A DNA stretch of 63,934 nt, counting the filler, from an uncultured Myxococcia bacterium (GTDB taxonomy: Bacteria; CAZTWC01): the NCBI GenBank assembly GCA_964617105.1. It is 3 parts of 3 records of this genome, joined end to end, with 100 filler letters (N's around TTAATTAATTAA, not from the genome) between each part and the next. Parts side by side here need not be neighbours in the genome. Positions count along the whole stretch, not along the records: positions 26,756 to 52,940 come from CAZTWC010000017.1; 2 more parts are not named here. One strand, 5' to 3'. The translations under genes and the position numbers were made by a program. Positions 31,687 to 41,903 of this stretch are shown here, piece by piece; within the stretch, counting starts at the first letter, position 1, and every line of letters starts with the position of its first letter. The notes beneath the pieces were generated by a model, which did not search any database, was not told where the DNA came from, and saw only the letters and a list, made by a program, of their open reading frames with translations.

Positions 31687-32979
31687 TCAAGCAGCCTGAT
31701 AGACCACTTTGCCTTTATGTATAGTATAGAGTATCTGACCGGGTAATTTTTTACCCGCCAGAGGAGTATTTTTACCCCGCGACAAAAAACGGATCGGCTC
31801 AATGATCTGTAAAGCATCCGGGTCAAAAATAGTTATATCCGCCCTGGCACCAATTTTAATCTCACCTCGCTCTAGGCCGAGAATCTTTGCCGGAGCGGTA
31901 GTCAAAGCCTCCACCGCTCTAAAAGGGGTTAAAAATCCATCTTTCACCAGTTGAGACACAACATTGGCAGCAGTTTCCAAACCAGAGATGCCAAAAGCAG
32001 CCAGATCGTATTCCACCAATTTTTCCACTGAACTATGGGGGGCATGGTCAGTGGCAATAACATCGATAGTTCCGTCAGCCAGCGCTTCTATCAGAGCAAG
32101 CCTATCCTCTTCAGTCCGCAGGGGAGGATTCACCTTGCTATAGGTATTGTAATTATTCACTGCCGTATGGGTTAAAAACAGATGGTGTGGTGTTACTTCC
32201 GCGGTTACCGGAACTCCTCTCTTTTTGGCCTGACGAAGAACTCTTACCGCTTCCATGGTGCTGAGGTGGGCTAAATGCAAATGAGTCCCTGTCAATTCCG
32301 CCAGGGCGATATCTCTGGCCACCATCACTTCTTCCACCTGAGAGCATATTCCAGTTAAACCCAACCGGGTAGATATCTCCCCCTCGTGCATCACCCCCTT
32401 ACCCCGTAAATTCAAATCCTCACTGTGGGAAATAATTATCCGGTTAAACTGGCCAGCATATTCCAAGGCTCGGCGCATAACTTCCGAATTCATTACCGGA
32501 TGACCATCGTCAGAAAAAGCGATGGCTCCGGCCTGGAAAAGGTCACCAAATTCACAGAGGTGCTCTCCTTGCTGACCACTGGTAATGGCAGCCACGGGTA
32601 ATACTTCAACCACTCCCTCTGACTGGGCTTTCTCTATAATAAAGCCGGTTATTGAACTGTTGTCATTCACCGGCTTGGTATTGGGCATACAACAGACAGT
32701 AGTAAAGCCACCTGCGGCTGCTGCCCTGGTGCCGGTTTGAATAGTTTCTTTGTACTCCTCACCCGGTTCTCTCAAATGAGTATGCATATCAATAAAACCG
32801 GGCACCATCCATTTGCCGCAAGCATCTATCTCAATAACTGGCGGCTGATTTTTTTCCGCCCCTTCCTCCCTGGCCAAATTGCCGATAGAGGTTATTTTTC
32901 CCCCTTCTATTTTCAAATCGGTTATTTTATCAGTTTTTGAGGCTGGATCTATCAGACGGCCATTTTTAATAACTAGCAT
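31687..32979 (-). CDS. pyrC: Dihydroorotase
   Basis: DMHTHLREPG, MPNT, FSDDG, EVTPHH, KVNPPLR, ATDHAPH; start chosen by GGAG RBS. Confidence 0.95.
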   Translation of the reverse strand: MLVIKNGRLIDPASKTDKITDLKIEGGKITSIGNLAREEGAEKNQPPVIEIDACGKWMVPGFIDMHTHLREPGEEYKETIQTGTRAAAAGGFTTVCCMPNTKPVNDNSSITGFIIEKAQSEGVVEVLPVAAITSGQQGEHLCEFGDLFQAGAIAFSDDGHPVMNSEVMRRALEYAGQFNRIIISHSEDLNLRGKGVMHEGEISTRLGLTGICSQVEEVMVARDIALAELTGTHLHLAHLSTMEAVRVLRQAKKRGVPVTAEVTPHHLFLTHTAVNNYNTYSKVNPPLRTEEDRLALIEALADGTIDVIATDHAPHSSVEKLVEYDLAAFGISGLETAANVVSQLVKDGFLTPFRAVEALTTAPAKILGLERGEIKIGARADITIFDPDALQIIEPIRFLSRGKNTPLAGKKLPGQILYTIHKGKVVYQAA

Positions 32980-33090
32980 CAATTTTTCTCCGTAATTCGT
33001 TTCTTGGCAGAAATCTATTTTTGGCATAATATACAGATAACAATTACCTTAATACTCTAAAAATCCCTAGACTTCAAGCTGGAGTGATAA

Positions 33091-34341
33091 ATGATAAATA
33101 TTTCCAAGTTATACTGCGGAGGTGAATCCCAATCAGATACACTTCGCTATGGACACCAAAACAAAAAACAAAAAAACCTTTCTGGAGCCCCAATAAAAAT
33201 TAAAAGCGCCGCCCAAAGGCACCCGGTGGTAGTCTGGAATGTAACCAAAAGATGCAATCTGCACTGCGTCCATTGCTATACAGATTCAAAAAATAGATCC
33301 TATGACCACGAATTGACTACTCAAGAAGGGGAAATGCTAATACAGGACCTGGCCCGATTCAAAATACCGGCGCTGCTTTTTTCCGGCGGAGAGCCCTTGA
33401 TGAGAAAAGATCTCTTCCATCTGGTACAACAAGCAGTGCAACTGGGGATCCGGCCCACTCTTTCTACCAACGGAGTTTTGATTGACCAGAAGATGGCTCA
33501 AAAAATCAAGCACGCCGGCTTTACTTATGTGGGAATCAGTTTAGATGGCATCGGCGAAGTCAATGATCGTTTTCGAGGAAAAAAAGGCGCTTTTGACCGG
33601 GCCATTAAGGGTTTTAGAAACTGTAGAGAAATAGAACAGCGGGTGGGATTACGCTTGACCCTAACCAGGCAAAATTTCCAGGAATTGGATAAAATATTCG
33701 ACTTTATCGAGCAGGAAGGTATTGATCGAGCCTGCTTCTATCATCTGGTTTATTCTGGCCGGGGTAGCGATATCAGTGAACAAGCCTTGCAACATCACGA
33801 GAGCAGAGAAGCCCTGGATATAATCTGTCGCCGGACCCGGGATTTTGCCAACCGTGGATTAAACAAAGAGATTCTCACGGTTGACAACCATGTGGATGGG
33901 GTTTATACCTTGCTGAAACTGCAGCAGGAAGGCTCGTCCAGGGCAGAGGAAGTCTTTAAGCACCTGGAATGGAATGGAGGAGGAAACCATTCTTCTGGAG
34001 TAGGGATAGGTGACATCGACTTTTTCGGTGATGTCCATCCCGACCAGTTTTGGATGCACTACCGGTTGGGAAATATAAAAAACCGGCCATTTTCCGAAAT
34101 CTGGCAAGACTTAAGCGATCCCCTTCTGGCCGGATTGAGAAACAGAAAAACCAAACTAAAGGGGAGATGCAAATACTGCAAATGGTTGGATCTATGTGGA
34201 GGCGCATTGAGAGTCAGAGCTGATTTGGTTTATCACGACCCCTGGGCACCAGATCCGGCCTGTTATCTAACCGATGATGAAATCGGTTTAAATCCAGAAA
34301 ATATTAATCGAATTATTTCCGAAAATGAAAAATACGAATGA
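33091..34341 (+). CDS. ahbC: Radical SAM protein AhbC/NirJ1 (alternative heme biosynthesis)
   Basis: ISKLYCG..SD.LRYG, VVVWNVTKRCNLHCVHCY, CFYHLVYSGRG, LTVDNH, VHPDQFW, SPASM cysteines, APDPACYL. Confidence 0.82.
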   Translation: MINISKLYCGGESQSDTLRYGHQNKKQKNLSGAPIKIKSAAQRHPVVVWNVTKRCNLHCVHCYTDSKNRSYDHELTTQEGEMLIQDLARFKIPALLFSGGEPLMRKDLFHLVQQAVQLGIRPTLSTNGVLIDQKMAQKIKHAGFTYVGISLDGIGEVNDRFRGKKGAFDRAIKGFRNCREIEQRVGLRLTLTRQNFQELDKIFDFIEQEGIDRACFYHLVYSGRGSDISEQALQHHESREALDIICRRTRDFANRGLNKEILTVDNHVDGVYTLLKLQQEGSSRAEEVFKHLEWNGGGNHSSGVGIGDIDFFGDVHPDQFWMHYRLGNIKNRPFSEIWQDLSDPLLAGLRNRKTKLKGRCKYCKWLDLCGGALRVRADLVYHDPWAPDPACYLTDDEIGLNPENINRIISENEKYE

Positions 34342-34576
34342 AGGAAAAATACGCCCCGTGCGGTTCTAATAAGCGTCGGCAACCGGAATTCCTTGTGCTT
34401 CAAGGGGTTGACGGCAACGGCACCTCGCAACCCCATAACACATTGATATTGCGAACAATTTAAATTCACAAAAAAAAACCTTTACAGCCCTGTTTCAACA
34501 TGCTATCAAGTCTTTAGTTTAACGCACACTTTTTTATCTATTTGCTTATTCACATTAATTAAAGGAGAGAACATCC

Positions 34577-34858
34577 ATGACCAAACAAGAATTTATCGAC
34601 AAAATCAAAACAGACAAACGTACACCCGACGGACTTTCAAAAAAAGCATTGGGCGAAATAGTCGATGTAGTCTTCGGCACTCTTTCCGATGCCATTAAAA
34701 AAGACAAAAGATTTCAGTTCCCTTCTTTTGGTACCTTCAAAGTAGCTAAAAGGAAATCCAGAAAAGGCCGCAATCCTCAGACTGGTGAAGAGATTACCAT
34801 CAAAGCTTCCAAGACTGTTACTTTTAAGCCGGCACCCACGTTTAAAAACAAACTATAA
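34577..34858 (+). CDS. hup: HU family DNA-binding protein
   Basis: FGTFKV..RKSRKGRNPQTGEEITI.AS..V.FKP; AAGGAG RBS. Confidence 0.93.
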   Translation: MTKQEFIDKIKTDKRTPDGLSKKALGEIVDVVFGTLSDAIKKDKRFQFPSFGTFKVAKRKSRKGRNPQTGEEITIKASKTVTFKPAPTFKNKL

Positions 34859-34866
34859 TAAGCGTC

Positions 34867-34985
34867 GGTTGTTGATTGCAGCGCATCTGCGGCGTTGCCG
34901 ATATAAATTTAATCCTCGACGTATAATTATACGACTGCGGTTAAATTTATATCGGCGCCTTGCATCTGCACTACACTCAACAACC
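34867..34985. repeat. Long imperfect palindrome (REP/MITE-like hairpin)
   Basis: ggttgttga/tcaacaacc outer stem; perfect 16-bp stem 34897-34912 with 34941-34956; central palindrome cgtataattatacg. Confidence 0.85.
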
Positions 34986-35046
34986 TCTATTTGACTATAG
35001 CAATTCTTAATAGATTTTATCGATGTCAGTAAAAAGTGTAACAGAT

Positions 35047-35092
35047 TGACGAATTAACCAGGTTCATGCCGCGAAGGCAGGTTTGTCATTTT
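35047..35092 (-). repeat. 46-bp dispersed repeat, copy 2
   Basis: Reverse complement identical to 9089-9134. Confidence 0.9.
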
Positions 35093-35156
35093 GGGATCCA
35101 AGCATTTACCATTAAAAACGTTAAGAATTTCAAACCTGTTTGAGGGCTTATGGGAC

Positions 35157-36863
35157 TCAATAATACTTCTGAATAAGTGTTTCTGAAAAATAGTGATGTA
35201 GTATCTGCTTGTAATTAAATCCCAATTCTGCCATACCCATGGCTCCCTGTTGACACATTCCCACTCCATGCCCCCATCCGCCGCCTTTAACCAGGTACTT
35301 TACCGGGCTATTTTTTTCTTTCACCGGCTGGATAGTAAACATACCGCTATTCAGATTGTTTAAAAATTTTCGCACCGGCAATTCTCGTAAGATACTGACC
35401 CGCTTGCTCTGTCCCAAAAAATTTAGTCCAGTAATGCGCCCACCGTCAGCCCGATCAACTATCTGGATATTTTGCAGCCGGTCAAATTTAAATTTACTTT
35501 TTAGCGCTCTTTCCATCTCCTGCTGGGAAAAATAGTTTTGCCAACGAAATTTACTCTCCTGGAAATATTTTGAATAGCGGCAAAAAGAGGGTGGCGAAAT
35601 ATCAAGCCACTGTTCGATTAGATCGGTTGAGTGAAGTTGCCTGTTATAGTGGCGGATTACCGGAAGTAGAGTGGGCGCAAAAGGAAGTGGGCCGGGATAA
35701 TCTTCCGGGTTAGTAATAATATCAATTTTGCCCTGTAACGCTTTTGACGGCGGTTCCGGCCACACCTGGTGATTATCTTCAGTATGACCGCCACAACAGG
35801 AGGAATATACAGTTTGCACCACTCGATTATTCTGAACCACCAATTCACCCCTGGTGGCTTCCACTGCCGCACTAGTGGCAGGAGTTTCCCTGGGCAACCC
35901 GCCGTAGACCTGGCAATGCTGCAAATTACAAAAATGATAGGGTTCCGTGGCATGTTCACGTCCCAATTTTGAAAATATCATCCCCCTAGCCGCGATAGCC
36001 TGTGCTTTTAAGGCGTTCTCCGATGCTGACGCAAAAATCTCCGCAGCCACTACCCCTTTCAGCAAATCTTCCACTTTTACCAAATTTACTGCAGTTAAAA
36101 GTCCGGATGAGCCAGAAGTCAATATTATTTGACCCCGGTATTTTCCATTTTTCTTTTTATCTCCAGAAGCCAAATCTTTAGGTTGGGTAATTGCCAAATG
36201 AGTCTGACAGGAAACTACTTTAAAAAATGATGCAGATAACCTCAAATCCCTGTTTAAGGACTGAACCTCAAAACTAGAGTTAGGGGGTTTGATAAGAGCC
36301 TTATAGATAAAAGGTGAATGGCCAAAATCGATAAAAATCTTTTGCATGGCTGACGCTACACTTTTAGCCCTGGGGGATTCCTTTATAGAAACATAGTACC
36401 GCCGGTTATCTAACACTTTGCCCCCTAAAGCAAAGAGTGAACCCACCTCAATTAGTTTGACTGAAAATCCTCGCTGGCGCCATTGTTTAATAAAATTTTT
36501 TCCATCTTCATCCAAAGGATAATTTACACTACCAACCACCAGATGAAACTTTACTCTTCCCTTCACTCTCCGGGCGATTTTTACTCTGAATTTATCCTTG
36601 GGACTGATAATTCTGACCAACTTTTTCCCGTTGGCAGCCGGGTATTCCAAACGGCAACCGTTAGAAAAGAGCAACTCCTTCTGCTCCCGGGCTATCATTA
36701 CGGTGACTAAAGGTTCCCGATTTTTAAATAGCATCATAGGCGAAAACAAAAAAGACAGGGTGCTCTTCTGGTAATTATCTTCGCTTTCCGGGCCGCCATG
36801 GGCAAAAACTGGGGACAAAAAGAGTATAAATAGGATATTTAAATTGATAATTTTGCCTCTCAT
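35157..36863 (-). CDS. SpoIID/LytB domain protein
   Basis: LKGVVAAEI, ALKAQAIAAR, HCQVYGG, YSSCCGGHTE, GGGWGHGVGMCQQGA. Confidence 0.92.
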   Translation of the reverse strand: MRGKIINLNILFILFLSPVFAHGGPESEDNYQKSTLSFLFSPMMLFKNREPLVTVMIAREQKELLFSNGCRLEYPAANGKKLVRIISPKDKFRVKIARRVKGRVKFHLVVGSVNYPLDEDGKNFIKQWRQRGFSVKLIEVGSLFALGGKVLDNRRYYVSIKESPRAKSVASAMQKIFIDFGHSPFIYKALIKPPNSSFEVQSLNRDLRLSASFFKVVSCQTHLAITQPKDLASGDKKKNGKYRGQIILTSGSSGLLTAVNLVKVEDLLKGVVAAEIFASASENALKAQAIAARGMIFSKLGREHATEPYHFCNLQHCQVYGGLPRETPATSAAVEATRGELVVQNNRVVQTVYSSCCGGHTEDNHQVWPEPPSKALQGKIDIITNPEDYPGPLPFAPTLLPVIRHYNRQLHSTDLIEQWLDISPPSFCRYSKYFQESKFRWQNYFSQQEMERALKSKFKFDRLQNIQIVDRADGGRITGLNFLGQSKRVSILRELPVRKFLNNLNSGMFTIQPVKEKNSPVKYLVKGGGWGHGVGMCQQGAMGMAELGFNYKQILHHYFSETLIQKYY

Positions 36864-36912
36864 GCTATATTTATCCCATGTATTTTCATGTTTTGCAACC
36901 TCTTAGACCAAA

Positions 36913-39900
36913 ATGAATTTCCCCATGAACACTGGTAAAAATAGACTCTTTATCCTGGTATTTTCCCTACTTTTTCTCCTGGTTATAAATCAAAATGTTT
37001 TTGCCTTGAATCCTAACAAATCGATCAATCAGTATGTTCTCGATTCCTGGCAAATAGAAGACGGACTTCCACAAAATTCTGTCCGGGCTATCACCCAAAC
37101 CAAAGATGGATATATCTGGCTCGGCACTCAAGAGGGTGTGGTCAGATTTGATGGGGTAAAATTCACAATTTTTGATAAAGCCCTCATCAAAACAATAAAA
37201 AGTAATGAGATCAGAGCGCTGCTGGAAGATAGCCGGGGCAATTTATGGATCGGCACTTTTGGCGGAGGATTATTACAATATGATGGTAAAAATTTTATCC
37301 ATCACGGCAAAAAGAGCGGCTTGAACGGCAGCCAGGTGCACGCTCTGGCCGAAGATGGCGAAGGACATATCTGGGTAGGAACCGATTTGGGACTATACTG
37401 CCGTTTATTGGATATTTTTGAATCGATCAATTTAACATCTTCCGACCAAATAAGTGAAGTTACCGCCTTATTGCCCACCGGCCGCAATCAGATGTGGATT
37501 GGCTCCAGTAAAGGCTTAAAATTTTATAATGGCAATCAAATACAGGACTATAAGAGTAAAAACGATAATCCACTTTTTAAGGGACCGGTGCACTCCCTAC
37601 TGATAGACAGCCTACAAAATATCTGGGTAGGGACCTTTGGTCATGGTTTAGGTAAAATTGGCAATAATCAGGAAAAGATATTTACCACCGCCCAGGGATT
37701 GGGTGACGACAAGATTACAGCACTTTGGCAAGACCGGGAAAAAAATCTGTGGATCGGCACTTACGGCGGGGGAATAAACCGCTTAAAAAAGGATGGCGGG
37801 TTCGAATCATTTACCAGCCATTCAGGTCTGTCCGATGATATGATTACCGCCCTGTATGAAGACCGGGAAGGCAGCCTCTGGGTTGGAACTACCAGTGGCG
37901 GGCTAAATAGATTCAAAGATGAAAAAATCACTGCCTTTACCAAAAAAGACGGGTTGTCCCATAATCTGGTGTTTCCTATCTATGAAGACCGGGAAGGAGA
38001 TCTGTGGGTGGGCACTTATGGCGGTGGGCTAAACAAATACAGCCAGGGTAAATTTACCTCTCTAACCACTGAGGACGGACTGACCGACAACTTTATTACT
38101 GCCATTCACCAGACTAAAGACAGGGCCCTGTGGGTGGGCACTTACGACAGTGGCATCAATATTATCCGGGGAGACCAAATACAGGTGATCTCTACAAAAC
38201 AGGGGTTGAGCAGCAATCTGATCTACTCTATCTATCAAGACAGCCGAAATAATGTTTGGGTAGGCACCAGAAAAGGGTTAAACCTTATCAAGCCCAACGG
38301 AAAGATAATTTCTTTTAGTAAAAAAGATGGGCTGCCCGATGAGGTTATCCGGCCTATAATCGAAGATAAAAATGGGCATATGTGGTTCGGCACCCAACAG
38401 GGATTAAGCCGGTATGATTATCAGGATAATAAATTCAGTAATCTCGGCATTGCCAAAGGATTGAGCCACCCTCGCGTCCAGTGCTTTTACCTGGACCAAG
38501 ATAATATACTATGGGCCGGTACTGCCGAGGGACTCAACCGCATAGAAAACGGAAAAATTACCGGTTTTACCTCCAAAGATGGTCTGTTTGACGACAGAAT
38601 CATGCAAATCCTGGAAGATGGTCAAAATAACTTATGGCTGAGTTGCAACAAAGGAATTTTCCGGATCAATAAAAAAGATTTACAACGGTTTACCAAAGGG
38701 GAAATTAGCAAAATCCCCCATCTGTCCTATGGTAAATCTGACGGCATGAAAAGCAGTGAGTGCAATGGCGGCCCCCAGCCTCCAGGCTGGAAAAGCCGGG
38801 ACAATATTCTTTGGTTTCCAACCATAAAAGGAATGGTGCGCATCGACACCGAAAATGTTACTGTCAATAAAACACCACCGCCAGTGGTGTTGGAAAAAGT
38901 GATGACTGACAACCAGACCATCGATTTGACTCCGCCTATCTCCCTGTCAGCCGGTACTCAAAAAATCGAATTCCATTATACTGCCCTCAGTTTCATCAAT
39001 CCCGCCAAAATCCGCTTCAAATACAAGTTAGATGGATTTGACAAAAAATGGGTCGAGGCCGGTGGAAGGAGAGTAGCCTATTACACCAACATTCCCCCAG
39101 GAAAATACTTGTTCAAAGTGATAGCCTGCAACAACGACAATATCTGGAACCGGAAAGGGAACACTTTTCCTTTCCAAATAGCCCCCCACTTTTATCAAAC
39201 CAAACTGTTCTATTTACTTTGTGCTGTGGGCCTTATGCTCATTGGGGCAAGCATATACAGCACCAGAGCCAGGCGGATGAAATTAAGACAGAGGGAGTTA
39301 GAGGCTTTAAGCCGAAATTTAAAAAAAGAAGTAGAGCAACAGACTAAAGAATTGAGAGATCAGAGAAGAGAATTAGCCCTATCCAACATCAAACTGATGG
39401 AACAGTCGGAAAAACTAAAAGAACATGCCCAGGATATTGCCGAATTGGATCGGCAAAAAACCTCCTTTTTCCAAAATATCTCCCATGAGTTAAGAACCCC
39501 GTTAACCTTGATAATAAACCCTTTGGACGAATATTGTCAGGAACATCCCCGGGATAATCAGATGCAGATGGCAGCCAAAAATTCACGCCGCCTTTTACGT
39601 TTAGTCAATCAATTTCTGGATTTTCAAAAAATATCGGCCGGCAAAATGAATTTGAGTCTCACGCCAGTAAACCTGGTTCCTTTTATCGAGTCTATCTCGG
39701 AGTATTTCGCCCCCTTATGCAAAAGAAAAGGGCTACATTTTATTACCAACCAGCAAAAAAACCAGGAGATCTATATCGAAGCAGAGATAGACGCCCTGGA
39801 AAAAATCATCTTTAATCTTTTATCCAATGCCCTTAAATACACCCCCGAAGGGGGTAATATATTTCTGAATCTGGATCTAATCGACAAAGGACATAGCGGT

Positions 39901-41424
39901 AAATGGGTCATGCTCTCTGTAGAAGACACCGGTAACGGGATCAGTCCTGAGGAGCAAAATAAATTGTTCAAAATATTTTCTCAATTGGAAAATACCGTCT
40001 CTGATCAATACGATGGCACTGGATTAGGATTAGCCCTGGTCAAAGAATTGGCTGAAGCCATGAAGGGGAGAGTAGGGGTTGAGAGCGAAGTGGACAAGGG
40101 AAGCAAATTTTGGGTAATCTTCCCTGTCTATGAGGAATTGAGCGATGAAGTAACCCGTCGGGTAAAAATGACCCAATTCAGAGACTGGCATTTTGCCGAC
40201 TCAACTGTGGTGATGCATACGGAACTCAACCAAGAAATTTACTCGGAATCGCCGGAGCAAACCGAATCCTTTAGCCGAGAGTTGATCTTGGTGGTGGATG
40301 ATTTACCGGATATGCGCAAAATGATTGGCAACATTCTGACCAAAGAACATTACCGGGTGGTGACCGCTTCCGATGGTTCAAACGGAATAAAAGCAGCTAA
40401 GGAACATAACCCTAAACTAATAATCTGTGATTGGATGATGCCCAGGGTAACCGGACCGGAAATGATAATAAAAATTAAGGCTGATCCGGAATTGAGTTCC
40501 ATTCCCATAATCCTGGTGACCGCAAAAAGTGATGAAGAAAGCCGTATGAAAGGGATAGAGATCGGTGCAGATGGTTACCTGGGCAAACCTTTCGAGGCCA
40601 GAGAACTGGTTTCTATGATGCAAAATCTATTGAATTTGAAACAAAAAGAACAGGTATATTCCCAGGAACTGCAACTAGCTGCCAATCTGCAAAATTCAGT
40701 TCATCTGGAATTGAGTGGTGATTATCACGGAATTAAAATCTCCAGTTTTTATAAGTCTTGTAGCGAAGTGGGTGGAGATTTTATGGTGGTCAACGAAGTA
40801 AACGATAAATCACTGTTTATCGGCCAGTGTGATCTATGCGGTCATGGTCCCCAGGCTTCCCTGCTGTCCTTCTATTTACGTGGTGTGCTGGATTCAATTT
40901 TTGATACCCTGCCCGATCAAATTATGGAGCCGGAGTTGCTATTGCAGTATGTGATCAGAAAAATGGATTACCAGTTGCGGGAAAAGATAGGGGACAGCAA
41001 ATTCGCAACTTTTTTCTTCATCTTTCTGGACAAAGTAAAAAAGCGTATCTATTACCAGAGCGGCGGCCATCCACCAGGTATATTGCGCCACCCATCAGGA
41101 CAATACCAAATAATCCAGGGGTCCTCCCTACCCCTGGGTCTCTATGATCTTTTGGAAGATGAAGATCTTTCCGGACCAGAAATCCATAATCTGGAACTTC
41201 CGGAAAAATTTCTATTACTGATTACCACAGACAGTGTTTATGAACTTAAAGGCAGTAAATTTTTCGCCCCCATAGTGGGTCCGGAAAAATTTGTCCAACT
41301 AACCAAGCAATACATAGAACAAACCGAAAAGCCCGATGCTGAGGATTACGCCAAATATTTCTTGGAAATCACTGGAAACTCCAGGTACGATGATGACTGT
41401 TCCGTGTTGTTCATAAGCGGATAG
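36913..41424 (+). CDS. Hybrid sensor: two-component beta-propeller + YYY + HisKA/HATPase + receiver + SpoIIE/PP2C
   Basis: Many DxxGxLWxGT repeats, YTNIPPGKY, ISHELRTPL, NLLSNALKYT, GTGLGL, VVDD..DWMMP..K, VGGDF, CDLCGHG, DDCS. Confidence 0.92.
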   Translation: MNFPMNTGKNRLFILVFSLLFLLVINQNVFALNPNKSINQYVLDSWQIEDGLPQNSVRAITQTKDGYIWLGTQEGVVRFDGVKFTIFDKALIKTIKSNEIRALLEDSRGNLWIGTFGGGLLQYDGKNFIHHGKKSGLNGSQVHALAEDGEGHIWVGTDLGLYCRLLDIFESINLTSSDQISEVTALLPTGRNQMWIGSSKGLKFYNGNQIQDYKSKNDNPLFKGPVHSLLIDSLQNIWVGTFGHGLGKIGNNQEKIFTTAQGLGDDKITALWQDREKNLWIGTYGGGINRLKKDGGFESFTSHSGLSDDMITALYEDREGSLWVGTTSGGLNRFKDEKITAFTKKDGLSHNLVFPIYEDREGDLWVGTYGGGLNKYSQGKFTSLTTEDGLTDNFITAIHQTKDRALWVGTYDSGINIIRGDQIQVISTKQGLSSNLIYSIYQDSRNNVWVGTRKGLNLIKPNGKIISFSKKDGLPDEVIRPIIEDKNGHMWFGTQQGLSRYDYQDNKFSNLGIAKGLSHPRVQCFYLDQDNILWAGTAEGLNRIENGKITGFTSKDGLFDDRIMQILEDGQNNLWLSCNKGIFRINKKDLQRFTKGEISKIPHLSYGKSDGMKSSECNGGPQPPGWKSRDNILWFPTIKGMVRIDTENVTVNKTPPPVVLEKVMTDNQTIDLTPPISLSAGTQKIEFHYTALSFINPAKIRFKYKLDGFDKKWVEAGGRRVAYYTNIPPGKYLFKVIACNNDNIWNRKGNTFPFQIAPHFYQTKLFYLLCAVGLMLIGASIYSTRARRMKLRQRELEALSRNLKKEVEQQTKELRDQRRELALSNIKLMEQSEKLKEHAQDIAELDRQKTSFFQNISHELRTPLTLIINPLDEYCQEHPRDNQMQMAAKNSRRLLRLVNQFLDFQKISAGKMNLSLTPVNLVPFIESISEYFAPLCKRKGLHFITNQQKNQEIYIEAEIDALEKIIFNLLSNALKYTPEGGNIFLNLDLIDKGHSGKWVMLSVEDTGNGISPEEQNKLFKIFSQLENTVSDQYDGTGLGLALVKELAEAMKGRVGVESEVDKGSKFWVIFPVYEELSDEVTRRVKMTQFRDWHFADSTVVMHTELNQEIYSESPEQTESFSRELILVVDDLPDMRKMIGNILTKEHYRVVTASDGSNGIKAAKEHNPKLIICDWMMPRVTGPEMIIKIKADPELSSIPIILVTAKSDEESRMKGIEIGADGYLGKPFEARELVSMMQNLLNLKQKEQVYSQELQLAANLQNSVHLELSGDYHGIKISSFYKSCSEVGGDFMVVNEVNDKSLFIGQCDLCGHGPQASLLSFYLRGVLDSIFDTLPDQIMEPELLLQYVIRKMDYQLREKIGDSKFATFFFIFLDKVKKRIYYQSGGHPPGILRHPSGQYQIIQGSSLPLGLYDLLEDEDLSGPEIHNLELPEKFLLLITTDSVYELKGSKFFAPIVGPEKFVQLTKQYIEQTEKPDAEDYAKYFLEITGNSRYDDDCSVLFISG

Positions 41425-41507
41425 AAATCATTTTTAACTTGCAAAACAAAATGTTTAAGACTAATATAATAGCATAGATAACTGGGTAGAAAAGTCAGGA
41501 GGTTCAG

Positions 41508-41870
41508 ATGGAAGAAAAACAATTGAATAATTTCAGAAGAGTTCTTATTACTCACAAAGAGGAATTACTGCGCAAAGCCAAAAGAACTCTTTATGAAGAA
41601 GCCGCCTTTGATACTAATGACTTACCAGACGAAATAGATCTGGCATCTTCAGAATATAACCAATCCCTGGTTTTCCGGCTCAGAGACCGGGAAAAAATAC
41701 TGCTTAGAAAAATAGATAAGTCGCTTGGAAAAATAGATAATGGAGACTATGGTATTTGCGAAGGGTGCGGAGAGGACATTTCCAACCGCCGCCTGGAAGC
41801 CAGGCCGGTCACTAATTTATGTATCCGATGCAAAGAGGAGGAGGAAAGGATCGAAAAGTCCTACGCCTAA
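41508..41870 (+). CDS. dksA: DksA/TraR family C4 zinc-finger protein
   Basis: DEIDLAS, CEGC...RLEARPVTNLCIRC; AGGAGG RBS. Confidence 0.9.
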   Translation: MEEKQLNNFRRVLITHKEELLRKAKRTLYEEAAFDTNDLPDEIDLASSEYNQSLVFRLRDREKILLRKIDKSLGKIDNGDYGICEGCGEDISNRRLEARPVTNLCIRCKEEEERIEKSYA

Positions 41871-41903
41871 CTAACCATTTTGGCGCTAAAACAAAAACTA
41901 TCT

